From Octopus sinensis (Eukaryota): DNA of 64,000 bases. Location: assembly GCF_006345805.1 (NCBI RefSeq), contig NC_043002.1, positions 82,212,001 through 82,276,000 of the forward strand, given 5' to 3'. Within the stretch, counting starts at the first letter, position 1. The number at the start of each line of letters is the position of its first letter. The notes under the pieces were generated by a model. The model had not been told where the DNA came from and made no database searches. It saw only the letters and a program-made list of their open reading frames with translations. Positions 1-14,265 of the stretch are shown one piece after another. The position numbers and the translations under genes were made by a program.

Positions 1-1319
1 GTTAATTATGCAGGTTATGAAACTGTTTTCGAAACATATATTTGGCTTCCCCCCCGTCTCAATAATTACCTTTTCTGCCCCCACTTTTTCACTTAATCCT
101 ATATGGTACATATTCATTGTGTGTGTGTGGTTTTGTTGTCAAAACTTAAGTGTTTCTGCTGACACTTAGGGAAAAATAATCCGTACAACGTTCACAAAGA
201 ATTCTCTAATGTTTACGCCAAAACTACACGACTCCATGCTTTCTACTCCACTCCTAATTATTACTAAATTGTTGTTTTGCACGTTTATTTTGGCAGAAAA
301 ATTTAAATTACTAAAAGAAAAAAAAATTAATGTAAATTCCCTGTTTCTTTTGTTGAAGAAAATTTTCATAGTAATACAAATTAAGCTCTCCATTATCTAA
401 CATATTATTATACACTCACATTGACCCATTGGTCCCAAGAAATTTTGAAAATTTTATGAGCCCTCCCCCTTCCCGGTGGTAATGGTGGGGGTGGGGCTAA
501 AATTTACTGCTACATGCTAATTGGAGTAAACTATCAATATACAAGTTCATGTTTGTTCATAGACTTTTAGCAAATAATATTGCTTTGAGAAATTAGCAAA
601 ATATCCAATATGCCCGTTCTTGTTGATTATACGATGCATTTAGTTTTTGTAATGAAAAGGCATTGACTAGGAACACTTTCCCCCCCTCCCCCGACCTATT
701 TCAATGATCATAAATATCTTTATTCCACTGAACCCCCAGTAATTCACTCCTTGGTAATTCCTGGCTATCACTCAGCCCCTTCTTCATTCATCATGTCTTT
801 TTCTTTTATATATTCACACACATACACTCACTCTGTTCAAGTGAAGTCCTTGGTGTTATGAGGTGACAGAAAAGTGGGCGAGATTTGCATTATTTATTTT
901 GAATTTTAGAAATATAACAACATTTTGTTTTTACTATAATTTCTGCACTTTCATTGACATAAATTTGAAAAGAAAAAAAAAAATACTGTGGTTTGCTGTG
1001 AATAAATAAAATATGAGTGAGGCCTACTGCACTGCTTAGCTATGAGGAGGGGTTCTCTAATACTGTTAAGATGGCCTTGAATATCAGTGATTAAAAATAA
1101 CATCCACTATGCTGGACAGTAAAGACGGTGAGTTGGTGGTGGTGTTAAGAGTGTTGGTTAGAATGTTTATTGACATTTTTTCCAAGGCACTTGAGTTCAA
1201 GTCTTGCTGAGGTCAACTTTGCTTTTCGTCTGTCTTGGTTCAATATCAATCCAGTATAGCAGTTTGGCATAAGTGTAATAACATTAGATCTTATGCCTCG
1301 TGGTATTTATAAATTCATT

Positions 1320-1522
1320 TTAACCCTTTTCTTACCATATTTTTGTTGAGATGCTCTATGTTTCTTTCAATTAATTTTAAATATAACAAAGAAGCTAAGT
1401 GTTAGGAACATAAATTGTGACTAAGGTTTGGTGGGAGATGTTAATTCAGAACTTACGTAAACAAGACATTTGTATTACAGAGCCAGAGGCGGTTTCAGGC
1501 AGTTTGGTATCAAAAAGGTTAA
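1320..1522. mobile_element. piggyBac-type MITE, family a
   Basis: TTAA-CCCTTT...AAAGG-TTAA ends. Body shared with 40785-41012. End fragment at about 19168-19245. Confidence 0.75.
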
Positions 1523-1986
1523 ATCAACAAAATTTAGTATTAGTTGGTATTTTATCAATCAAAAAGTATTGATCAGCAAATTCAGCCCTGGTGGGAATTG
1601 AAATCAAAACTTAATTATAGCCAGGCTTAGTTATCTATGCCTATTCATTATTAGCCAGCAAGGGAGCCCCTAAATGGCCCCTTGGTCTAATAAGAATAGC
1701 AGTCAGTGTTTTAGGAAACATTTGATAATGTAGTCCACTGTGTGAAGAAAGAAAAAAAAAAAACAATGACAGGATGGTCATAGTTGGAACATCTTTGATC
1801 TTAGATCTGTTTACCTGAGCTGGCCTGGATTTTATTATTGGTTATGAGGATGATGAGGAGTCTTTCTTATATTGGCAGCGGAACATGAAAGGAATGGTAG
1901 TATTGTTGATTACAGACACACACACAAAAGAAAAGAAAGAAAAGAAGAAAAAAAAAAGCAATGGCAGAAAACCCTGTTATCATACC

Positions 1987-2218
1987 TATTTCTTTATTAC
2001 CCACAAGGGGCTAAACATAGAGGGGACAAACAAGGACAGACATAGGTATTAAGTCGATTACATCGACCCCAGTGCGTAACTGGTACTTAATTTATCGACC
2101 CCGAAAGGATGAAAGGCAAAGTCGACCTCGGTGGAATTTGAACTCAGAACGTAAAGCCAGACGAAATACTGCTAAGCATTTCGCCTGGCGTGCCAACGTT
2201 TCTGCCAGCTCGCTGCCT
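1987..2218 (-). mobile_element. tRNA-derived SINE family 2, young copy with 12-bp target-site duplication
   Basis: Minus-strand box B GAGTTCAAATTC. Core GCCTTTCATCCTTTCGGGGTCGATAAATTAAGTACCAG resembles the Deu/Nin SINE domain as I recall it. TGTTATCATACC repeated at 1975-1986 and 2219-2230. Confidence 0.88.
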
Positions 2219-2379
2219 TGTTATCATACCAGGCCCTAAATGTTAAAGGGAGCCAACCTGCAGAGAAAATAACAGGCATTGTTAGGAAAAGGTTAATTGA
2301 AAGATGTGGCCTCTAGTAACGTGGCAGGGTTAATAATGATAATAACAACAACAACAATGATCATATAATTGTTTTCATT

Positions 2380-3590
2380 TAGGCACAGGGCCAATAATTT
2401 TGAGGGTGGGGAGAGGTAGTCAATTACATTAACCCCAGTACATGATCAATACTTTGTTTTATATCAATCTCCAAAGGGAAGAAAGGCAAAGTTGCTCAAG
2501 GGGCAGAATTTGAACTCAGAACATAAGGAGCTGGAACAAATACTGCAGTGCATTTCTAATAATTCTGACAATTTACCACCATAATAATAATCCTTTCTAC
2601 TATAGGCACAAGGCCTGAAATTTTGGAGGAGATGGCTAGTCAATTACATTGACCCCAGTATTTCACTGGTACTTGATTTATTGACCCCCGAAAGGATTGA
2701 AAGGCAAGCTGCCCTTTGTGCTAACGATTCTGCCAGCCCACCACCTTAATAATAATAATAATAGTAATAATAATAATAATTATTATTATTATTTCTATTG
2801 TTGGCACAAGGCCTGAAGTTTTTTTGAAGTGGGGTACTAGTTGATTACCTTAATCCCACCATGCTTGACTGGTATTTAATTTATTTTCACACCCCCCACC
2901 CAAAGGATGAAAGGCAAAGTCGAACTCAGCAATGTCAATCTCAGACTGTAAAGACTGATGAAATGTTACTAGGTATTTACCAGCTGGCTGCCTTAAGTAG
3001 TAGTAGTAGTAGTAGTAATCCTTTCTATTATGGGCACAAGGCCTGAAATTTTGGAGGAGGCCAGTTGATTAGATCAACCTCAGTATGCAACTGGTACTAA
3101 ATTTATTGCCCCTGAAAGGCAAAGTCGACCACGGTGGAATTTGAACTCAGAACGTAGCGACGGGTGAAGTACTGCTAAGCATTTCGCTCATTGTGCTAAT
3201 GATTCTGCCAGCTTACTGTCTTGGTAGTAGTAATAATAGTAAGAATAATAAGAATAGTTTCTGATATAGGCACAAGGCCAGCAATGTTTGGAAGGATGAG
3301 TTAGATCAGTGATTTCGTCCAGCATGCCAATGGTTCCACCAGCTCACCGCCTTTGTTGTAGTAGTAGTAGTCCTTTCTGCTGTAGGCACAAGGCCTGAAA
3401 TTTGGGGGAAAGGATTAAGTTGATTACATCAACCCCAGTGCGTAACTGGTACATATTTAATCGACCTTGAAAGGATGAAAGGCAAAGCTGACCTCGGCAG
3501 AATTTGAACTCAGAACATAGCAACAGGTGAAATACTGCTAAGCATTTCGTCCAGCATGTCACCGATTCTGCCAGCTCACTGCCTTTGTAA
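2380..3590 (-). mobile_element. Head-to-tail cluster of about 5 SINE family 2 copies
   Basis: Repeated aggcacaaggcctgaaatt...aactggtac...gaatttgaactcag...ctgccagct units separated by (TAA)n or (TAG)n. Confidence 0.88.
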
Positions 3591-3701
3591 CAGTAATAAC
3601 AGTAACAATAATAATAATAATATTTATATTTACATTTAGATACATCATTCGTTTTATACAGATACATACACATGCACACAAGAAGATACATAAGCGCGTA
3701 A

Positions 3702-3732
<31 letters not shown>

Positions 3733-4389
3733 CACACCACACACCTAAATGGAGATTATTTTAACAAAGATTATTTATTTCTTAAATAGAGATGCCATTT
3801 TTCCAGAATTAGCCAGAAATCCAGAATTTTATGAATTCTGGAGAAAATCAGCTTCATATTATGGGTGAGCATGAAACTTTTTGAACTATTCCACTTCATC
3901 CAGTGTTGGCATTGTACACCACCACACCCAAAATAACACACTTGAAAAGCCTAACAAAATCAGTTTTGTTAACCTTCACCTCCCAATTATTTGTAGCTCT
4001 GACCAGCTTAGCAGTTTGCGTAGGGGTCATTTGACTAGTTATTTTACCTTGTTTAATTTTTTTTGTTTGATTATTTAATTATTTTTTTGCTCAACCCCCT
4101 CCTTCCGCTGTTTCCTCAGCATGAACTCAACTGATTAATTATGCAAAATTAATTATGATTAATTATGAATATTTAAAATACACCATTAAAAGTGGCATCT
4201 CTTCTAAGATTTTGTAAATATTTAGTAATGTTTGAGTTATTTTCTCTGTTTTGGTTTTGCTTTGTTTTCTCTCCCCAGTCCAATCTTGTTTCATTTCATC
4301 AGTGTTACTAATATTATTAGTTAACCCTCTCCCTATCTGGGTTAATTAACCCTTGGTTTAACAAAAAAAAATTTTTTTTTCAATGTTCA

Positions 4390-4745
4390 TCTTTTATCTT
4401 TTACTTGTTTCAGTCATTGGACTGCAGCCATGCTGGGTCACTGCCTTGAAGGGCTTTTAGTCAAGCAGATCAACCCCAGTACTTATTTATTAAGTGATAC
4501 TTCTGTTGGTTTCTTTTGCCGAACTGCTAAGTTACATGGGCACAAACAACTCAGCACTAGTGGGGGACAAAGACTTGCATACACACACGTGCATGCGCAA
4601 CATGTTTCTTTCAGTTTTTATCTACCAAATCCACTTGCAAGGCTTTAGTCAGCCTAAAGCTATAGTAGAATATACTTTGCCCAATGTACCATGCAGTGAG
4701 ACTGAACCTGGAACCATGTGGTTGGTACCACACAGCCATGCCTGC
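4390..4745 (-). mobile_element. SINE family 1 copy, reverse orientation
   Basis: Begins CTTTTACTTGTTTCAGTCATT, the reverse complement of the family tail, and ends in the reverse complement of the head. Confidence 0.85.
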
Positions 4746-6961
4746 ATCTATGTAGAGAGAATCTTTGCATAACAGAATGAGAGTTAGCTCATAGCAATCT
4801 TTACTCTAAAGCTGTGGTTTACTTAGATTCTGACTAACTAAGGAAGCAAACTGGATTACAGAAGCTGAAAAAAATCTCAATTTTTAGCATTGTACGAAAT
4901 ATTAAAACTCATATATTCCTAAGTTTGCATATCCAAATAAGTTTTATATTCAAATTTACAAGCTTTGAATATATAAACTTATTCAGATTTAAATTATATT
5001 CAAATTCAAATAAGTTTATATTCAAGGTTTGCAAATTTAGATATCAATTTATTCAAATTTGCAAATGTTTATTAACTGCTTTTTGCTGAAGTAAGCCACT
5101 GCTGGTTTCCTTGAATGTAGGTTTGATCTGATGACTATTCGTTTCAAAGTAAAATTAATAGGAAATTAAGGAGTTTGTTGTTAGGTTTTTACTTTATTTT
5201 ATTTATTTTTTATTTTTATAGAAAGCACTTAACATAAAGGAACATTGCGATTTAGGTGGATGTCAAAGTAAAGCTTTTAGCTGAAATGAAAATATGATTG
5301 AAATAGAAACAGGTTGAATCCAATTAGAGTAATAGAGGTAGAGATACCTCACTGAGGTCTCTGCCGAATCAACAGAGCATAAATTCATTACACTTTAGGG
5401 ATCACTTTACAGCTTTATTTAAAACTGGATATCTATCAAATCTATCTATTATGGTTGTCATGAACCAACATTGAAGCTGCTTTGCCTCTGCAGTAAGTGT
5501 GCAGAACCATGTGCCTACTGGTGAAATTTTGCTGCATTCAAAATTGAAACTGCACACCACATTGCTGAAATTTAAACTGGGGGGGGGGGACGCAGAGTTT
5601 AAGCCTTAACACCCCAACTTTATAATTCAACATTATAAAGTTGTGTGCTTATGAATTTACAAAATAAAAAAGAGCCATTTATTACTATTCTTTGTATGCA
5701 TGTGTTCCCATGGTTCTTATGTACTTTTAACATGTCCTTGGCACTAAGGCTGTGAGCTGGCAGAAGTGTTAGCGTGCTCGATAAGCTGCTTAACAGCATT
5801 TCATTAGTCTCAACATTCTGAGTTCAAATTCTACTGGAGTCAGCTTTGCCTTTTATCCTCTTGGGGTTGAAAGAATAAGTACCAGTTGAACATTGGAATT
5901 GATGTAATCAACTTGCCCCCTCCCCCTGAATTACTAGCCCTGTGCCAAAATTTGAAAACCAATATGTCCCTGATTCGAAAAATAGCCCCCCCCCCCGCTC
6001 TCTGGTTGCTTTTTTTTTGATAATTGTTAGTTTGTTTATATCCCTGTAACATTAGCAGTTTGGTGCAAGAGACTGGTAGAATATGTACCAGACATTTAAA
6101 GAAAAAAACATTTAAGAAAAGAGATCTGGGCTCAGTTTTTTTGAGTAAAACCTTTTGAGGTGTTGCCCCAGCATGGCCATGGTCCAATGCCCGAAACATG
6201 TAAAAAGAAAACAGAATACATACCTCTTAAAATAGAAAAAAGATGAGACTGTCATAACTGGAGTGTTTTTAATCATATGTTTGTTCAATCAGGATTGACC
6301 TGAGGCTGAACATCATCAGTAATATTTGTCAGTCAACATGTTTGTCAGTCAGGCGGTTTGTAGTGGTGGTTACTTTAAGAAGTTAACTTCATGTATTGCT
6401 AGTCTTCGTAGGTTCCTTTATGCGGTCTGTAAAATAATCATGGCACTTGTTCCCTCCAGTTTGAAGCAGGTTATCTGTGACTCTTCGTATTTTGGAGCTG
6501 GAGATGACCAGTTCTATCTGCCATGCAGTTCCAATGAGCAAAAAAAAGGTAGAGGCAAGGGTAGGGTTAGCAAATTAGTTTTAATTAAGTCTGTATGCAG
6601 CCTGTGAGGTTGTTTGAACTAAAAAGTTGAAAGAACTGGAGAGAGAGAGAAAAAGAGAGTAGAGAGAGACTTATGCCTCGTGAGATACTTCTCATCCATG
6701 CTGATGAATAATTAATATTTGTAGTTAATTTATGTTCTAATTATATTTGACATCTCATCTCAGGGGTCTCATGTCTAATAAATAAATAAAAATATTGCTA
6801 TTATTAGAAAAGGTGGTGGATTGGCGAATCATTGGAGCATTAGGAAAACTGCCTTGCAGTATCTGTTCCAACTTTTTACGTTCAGAGTTCAAATTCCACT
6901 AAGGTCGACTTTGACTCAACCCCTCCCCCAAAATGGCTGCCCTTGTGGCAAAATTTGAAAC

Positions 6962-7010
<49 letters not shown>

Positions 7011-8560
7011 AGTACCAGTGAAACACTGGGATCGATGTAATCAACTAGTCTTCTCCTCACAAATTTGAGCCCTTGTGCTTCCAGTAGAAAGGATTATTAC
7101 TGTTATTATTATTATTAGTAGTAGTAGTAGTAGTAGTAGTAGTATTTTTAGGGTAGTGGATTACCAGAATCTTTACATTTTGAGTTCAAGTCCTACCCAT
7201 GTCAGCCTTACCTTTCATCCTTTCAGAGCTGATGGCCAAAACCATGAGCGTTTTGTACAGATTGGTCAGTATTATGCCTATTTCTTGCAGTAATAATGTA
7301 ACCATAACTTGGTGGATACATGTAATCTATATCTAAAAGATTTTGAACCTGTGTTCATGTGGTCTTTCAAATACCTGAACCACCACTCACCATGATATCT
7401 CTCTCTGTGTATGCCCTGAAACCATGAAAGACTTTACCTGTTGTTGTAACTAAATACTTGCTTCTCCTAATGTCATATTTCAAAGAAGTTTCCCATTTAT
7501 CCTCCGCTTCCTTTTCCAAGTTACAATATAGTCAATTGTTGTTGTTTTATGTCCATTTTATCCCATGCTGGTATGAATTGGATGGGACTTTCTTGAGGTA
7601 GTGTTTTTTTTATGGCCAGAAGCCCATCATGATGACAGTTCGTCTTTTTGTAGCCTCTTACAACGCAGAGGAATTGTGGAATAAAAACAGGGATCACACA
7701 AAATTATTATGGGTGTGTATATTATGGATGTATATAATTCAAGGATGAAATTATACTTTCATTATCTATATGAAACAAGTTGAGCTGAGGAAGCTCTATG
7801 TAGTTGCATGAATATTAGAAATAACAGCCAAATTTCCCTCAAATCATACCCTACAGTCTAGAATAACAGTAAAAAAAAAAAATGAATGGAAGTATACATT
7901 ATACAATGTAGACCAAGTTGCATTAAATATGTTTAAGAAAGTATTACAGGATGGTTACAGATGGAATGCATCTGATAATAGGCTTTTTTGACTCAATCAG
8001 AGCTGATCAGGGGTTAAACATGTCAGTTATCAGAACTTATTTGCTGTTATGTTTTTTTTATATAGCAGTGTTACTTCATCTAAAGATCCAACCTGTATAA
8101 ATAGCAATACCTCATTCATTGGTTAGTAATAAGTTCTACCTTGTAGTTATTTTAGTCATACGAGTGTGCTAATTGCATAAATAATTTTGTCATCTGCATT
8201 AAAAGAAATAAGAAGAAAAAGAAAGAGAAAAAAAACTTATTCATGCTTCTTTGCTTGGCATATTTTTACACCCCTAACTCAACAGTTTAACAAAGAACCG
8301 TGCCATATGTTGAACTTCGCTCTTAGTTTTTCTTTCACGCAATACTTTCTGGAATGACAGCTTTTATTTCTTGTAAACTTCGTAACTCAGCTTTTACGAG
8401 CCAACAAGGCAGCTTTCTGATCTGGTCGCACTCAGCCTGCTAGAAGTACTAACCAAATCACCTATTTTAGGAAAGTACACATTGGATAATATAGAACTGA
8501 AGATATCATCACCTCTAAAGAAAAAAGAAAAGTTGGGGATGTTTGTAGCTGAAATGTTTT

Positions 8561-8940
8561 AGGCGCAGGAGTGGCTGTGTGGTAAGTAGCTTGCTAACCA
8601 ACCACATGGTTCCGGGTTCAGTCCCACTGTGTGGCATCTCGGGCAAGTGTCTTCTGCTATAGCCCCAGGCCGACCAATGCCTTGTGAGTGGATTTGGTAG
8701 ACGGAAACTGAAAGAAGCCTGTCGTATATATGTATATTTATGTGTGTGTCTGTGTTTGTCCCCCTAACATTGCTTGACAACCGATGCTGGTGTGTTTACG
8801 TCCCCGTCACTTAGTGGTTTGGCAAAAGAGACCGATAGAATAAGCACTGGGCTTACAAAGAATAAGTCCTGGGGTCGATTTGCTCGACTAAAGGCAGTGC
8901 TCCAGCATGGCCGCAGTCAAATGACTGAAACAAGTAAAAG
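8561..8940 (+). mobile_element. tRNA-derived SINE family 1, full-length young copy
   Basis: Pol III box A TGGCTGTGTGG and box B GGTTCAGTCCC, central (TA/TG)n, 3' end CAGCATGGCCGCAGTCAAATGACTGAAACAAGTAAAAG. Nearly identical to 21532-21930. Confidence 0.9.
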
Positions 8941-9412
8941 AAAAAGAAAGAAAGAAAAGAAACCAGGGTGGTGGTGGTGGTGGTGGCAGCAGCAGTGGTA
9001 TCGCCGTTAATGATGGTAGTGGTGGCTGTCAGTCTTTCAACTAAATCACGGAAACTGTGTTTTCATTGCTTTCTTCTGATTACTGAGACAGACAATCAAT
9101 CTGTTGCAACTCCTGACAGAGGTCATCATCATCATTTAATGTCTGTTTTCCATGCTGGCTTGAGTTGGATGGACAGCAGTTGGCAAACTGGAGGGCTGCA
9201 CCGGCTTCAATTGTCCGTTTTGGTTGGATACTCTTCCTAAATGTCGACCACTTTTACAGAGTGTACTGGGTGCTTTTTACATGATGCCAGCACCAGCAAG
9301 AGCTGTTTGGCATATGTTTTGGCATTTGTAACTTGATACTAAAGACTTGGTTGAAAGTGCACCGTGGGGTTTGTTTCCTCTTTGTTTTTCTTATTGATGA
9401 TAGATGTAGATG

Positions 9413-9481
<69 letters not shown>

Positions 9482-9951
9482 TTTCATGGGTGTACAATGA
9501 ACTTTCCATATGCTTTTCATTTAATTCATTAACCTGTAGCTATATCCAGAGGGCCATGTAGTGGGACTGAATGTAAAACCTAAAACTACATAGTTGCAAA
9601 GCAGGCTTTTTAATCACATAGTTACACATGTACTCATATATATATATATAATGAACTCTCTCGTTGTTACACAATGTATGAGGGTGGGACAATTTCTTAC
9701 TCAACAACCACACAGATGATTTGTTTATAATGATCAAATGTATGTGTAGATTCCCGCCATCAGATCGACATGACCTGTACAGGTGCAACGGTGCCACATG
9801 TCAGATGTCGAAATGATCACAGAGCAACATGAAATGAAGTGCTTTGCTCAAAAACACAACGCAAAGTCTGGTCTGGGAATCGAAGTCACGATCTCACAAT
9901 CGTGAGTACAGCACCTTAACCACTAAGCCATGCGCCTTCACACCCATATAC

Positions 9952-10320
9952 GGCATGGTTGTGTGGTAAGAAGCTTGCTTCCCAACCACATAGTTCCAGG
10001 TTCAGTCCTACTGGGTAAGTATCTTCTACTATAACCTCAGACCTACCAAAGCCTTGTGAGTGAATTTGGTAGATGGAAACTGCAAGAAGCCTGTCATATA
10101 TATATGTGTGTGTCTGTGTGTCCTCCATCATCACTTGACAACTGGTGTTGGTGTGTTTAGATCCCTGTAACTTAGTAGTCTGGCAAAAGTAACCGATAGA
10201 ATAAGTACTAGGCTTAAAAAGATAAGCCTTTGTGTCGATTTGTTTGACTAAAACCTTTCGAGGTGGTGCCCCAGCATGGCCGCACTCAAATGACTGAAAC
10301 AAGTGAAAAAAATAAAAGAA
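9952..10320 (+). mobile_element. SINE family 1 copy
   Basis: Same head, body and tail as 8561-8940. Confidence 0.85.
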
Positions 10321-10473
10321 TATATGTGGAATACTGTGGATAGTTTCATGCAGGTTGATACAGAAAGGATTAAATCCAAACCATGAACTGGAAATATATA
10401 TTGAAGCTTCATGTGGAAAATAAGTCAAATCACTGTAATTTGCTTTGGTCTGTTATTTCCACATACCTAAATA

Positions 10474-10690
10474 TTCTTTTCTACTCTAGGCACAAGGCCC
10501 AAAATTTTGGGAGGGGATTAAGTCAATTAGATTGACCCCAGTATGCAACTGGTACTTAATTTATTGACCCCGAAAGGATGAAAGACGAAGTCGACCTTGG
10601 CGGAATTTGAACTCAGAACGTAAAGACAAATGAAATATCGCTAAGCATTTCGCTCGGCATGTTAACGTTTCTGCCAGCTTGCCACTTCAA
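10474..10690 (-). mobile_element. SINE family 2 copy with target-site duplication
   Basis: Same core as other family 2 copies. CACATACCTAAATATT occurs on both sides (about 10460 and 10692). Confidence 0.85.
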
Positions 10691-11751
10691 CACATACCTA
10701 AATATTACCTTGGTATTTTGTAAGTGTTCAAAGTGATATCCATCTGAAGAACACCATCAGTGTTTCTCAATCATTTTTTTATGTTTTGGACCCTTTTTGA
10801 TTCTTATTTTACTCAGGTGAACCTTCATGGCCATTTGATAGTTAAAAAACCTTATTATATTTTTTATAGTTAAATATTAATAAGAATTGTATCAAAAAAT
10901 TGTTAAAATATTTTGTGTCTAATTTGTTGCATATAAGTTTTGCCAACAAAATTTTATATAGTCCCCACTATGACCATATGGACTCTGGTTGAGAACCAGG
11001 GCTCTACATGGTTATTTGTTCTACTGGAAATAACAACCAAATATTACTCAAGTTACATTTACCATCTTATATAAATAAAGACAGGGAACATTAGATAATG
11101 TTGTCCTGAATGAATGAGTGAGTAAATATTCTCAATCTCTTGACTGATGGTTTACAGGGAGGGCTTCACTCACTCACCTCATTCACTGCATCTTCATGCT
11201 CTCTTTTGGATGTGTAGGGTCAGCGAGTAAGGATTCTCTTCCAACTCAATTTGCTGTCTGGATTGGCTCCCTTAACTTTCACCTCTTCACAGTCTCTTAC
11301 ATGTAGTGAGGGTTATATGATCAGTGTTGTCCGTCTTCTGTGTAGTCCTACAAGCTCCGAAATATAGTCATATATTGGCTTTGGCTGAATTGCTATAGAT
11401 GATAGGTCTGTTGGATGATGGTTGATTTATGGCCAAATAAGAACAACAACAACAATGGATCACAGACTGACTCATCAAAACATTTAGATATAAAAGGAAG
11501 CATAGCTACAAGGAGGAAAAATCACAGGAAATGCTTTAAATAATTGAAAGGAAATGGTAGAACAAGGTTAGCTTCAATGAACAAATTCTTCAGTTATTGC
11601 CTAAGGTAGCCTTCACTTGCAGTAAAACTCTTCCTCTGCTTGAGATATTGATATACCAACTACATACAAATTAACCACTGTGAAATCTCTGTTCACAGTT
11701 GTGGAGATTTGCATATACACACACACTAACCATATCATAACTTTATATAAG

Positions 11752-12270
11752 CACAGCTGGGATTGTGTGGTTTACCTCTCCAGCCACATGGTTTTGAGTT
11801 CAGCCCCACTGCATGGCAGCTTGGGCTGGTGTCTTCTCTTTTAGACTTGGGCTAACCAAAACCTTCCGAGCAGATTTGGGATTTGGTAAGCTAAAAGTCT
11901 TCCATCCCTGCCTCAACAGCCAGTGTTGGTTTGCTTACATCCTCATAACTTAGCAGTATGGTGAAAGAGACCAATAGAATTAGTACCAAACTACCAGACA
12001 TTAAAAAAAAAAATTAGTACTGGGGTTAGTTAGTTAGTTAGTTAGTTAATTTTTTGGCTCAAAAAGCAAAAAGCAAGGCCATGTAGGGGGACATGGAGTT
12101 ATGTACTGGGTGGTGTTCATGTAAAGAGTTCAGGCCACTTAAGGTCAAGGGAGACTTTGAACCAAACAGTCGTCGGCATCTTCACCATCTCGTCTGGCGA
12201 CTAAACCCTTCGTGGTGTTGCTCCAGCATGACTGCATTCCAATGTCAGGAACAAGTAAAAGATAAAAGAT
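11752..12270 (+). mobile_element. Old SINE family 1 copy interrupted by a ~170-bp insert
   Basis: Head near 11752. Body breaks at ctgggg (~12025) and resumes at cgactaaa (~12198). Confidence 0.7.
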
Positions 12271-12945
12271 CCTACATACAAACCAACCCCTATGAAATCT
12301 CGGTTCTCAGTTGCAACATATGTTCTGCTTATGAGGAGCTGTGCGCACGCATGCACACACACACACACACACGCGCGCGCGCACACACACGAAGCATATC
12401 ATAACTTAAATGCTATTTATTCCATCCAGATAGTCTGGCTCATACACATTTTGTTTTTCTGGAATACTTACAATTATCATAATTTATAATTAGTGCTTGA
12501 TTAGAAATACTATCTTTGCTGACATTTTTCATAGTTGCTTCTTCATCAAATAAACCATACAAACATGTATCTTGCATGCACACAACCTGGTTTATATACT
12601 AACATGCATTTCAAACATTGTGCAACAAGGGAGGGTGATTCTCACTTCATGTTTCATGCCTTTTTCTTCAGTTTTGCACATGCTTACATATGCACACTCA
12701 TATACATGAATATGCGCTCACACATACATGCACAAGCATACACATTCCTTCCCTCCCTCTTTATCTTTCTCTCTTGAAGATAAGAAGCCACCATCTTAAT
12801 ATGACTCTGTGTGTGTGTGTATGTATATATGTATATATGCGCACACATACACTGTCTATATTTAGCTAACAGCCAAATCCGACTTAGCAATGGAGTGGAG
12901 GTGTTGGCTACTAATAAATCACTTGTTACTCTCTTTTTCCATCAA

Positions 12946-13016
<71 letters not shown>

Positions 13017-13170
13017 CATATCTCTCTAAAGTGTGAAGTGTTGTTTGGTATCAAAAATAAAAGCGAGTTTATTTATTTATTATTGACTTATGTAGATAAT
13101 GTTAAGGACAGAAGCAATGCACGCATATATACACACATGTGCATAAACGCATACTCATCTGTGCACATTC

Positions 13171-13242
<72 letters not shown>

Positions 13243-13583
13243 TATATATATTAAAACACACATGGTTACATGCGTACAAACATGGTTATACACAATCATA
13301 GATATATATAAGCATTCATATGAACACATACTCTCCAGCACATATATTCAAACATATAAGATGTGCATAACATACTTACACACAGATGCGTTCACTTACA
13401 GTCACATAAACACATACTCACCAGCACATATTCAAAAGTATTAATATACATACACATGGTTGCACAAACACACGTACACACACCAGAATACACTCACACA
13501 CACAATCATTAGCACACTTGCATATAAACACTAACGTGAATGCAGACACAAGTACATATGCAAGCAGATACAGTCAAGCATTA

Positions 13584-13650
<67 letters not shown>

Positions 13651-14229
13651 TACAATCAAGCAGTGCATGCATGTACACATACATACACAATTAAACAATA
13701 ACACACACACACACACACACCTCCATTCAAACCTGCACATACATACACTCAAACATTAGCAAACACATTTACATACATATGCACACGCTCAATCATTAAA
13801 CAACATACATACATAATCAAAAATTAACATGCACGTATACACATTTAACATGAACACACACACACAACCACACTAACAGTCTCCAAAAACTCTGCCGCTA
13901 CCACCGCCATCTTCCCGTCCTTTCTCCACCATCACCACCTGAATGAAATGACATATCAGCTATAACTTCTCTATACAATCCGACTCTGGGGCCACACTAG
14001 CAGGAATTGAGCCTGTCTGAGGCTTTAGAATTATTTTACAATGCAAACAAAAGCTTGACATTTGCCATCCAACCTTACAGTTCTTTCCAATATTCCACAA
14101 AAGCAATACAAACCTAATGGCACTGTGGAAATGAACACACTTGTAAATTGTCCAAACTGGGGGAGGGAGGGGGGCAGTGGGAAGTAGGAAGTTTGTTTTT
14201 GCCTTCCTTCTTTCTTTTTTCCTTCCTTC

Positions 14230-14265
<36 letters not shown>

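Noticed and set aside
8561-8630. tRNA-like A and B boxes
   Set aside because: These are SINE heads with no complete cloverleaf, so they are not tRNA genes.
8774-9010. Near-identical ORFs at 8774 and 21760 (MTTDAGVFTSP...) suggesting a gene family
   Set aside because: Both are the 3' half of SINE family 1 copies.
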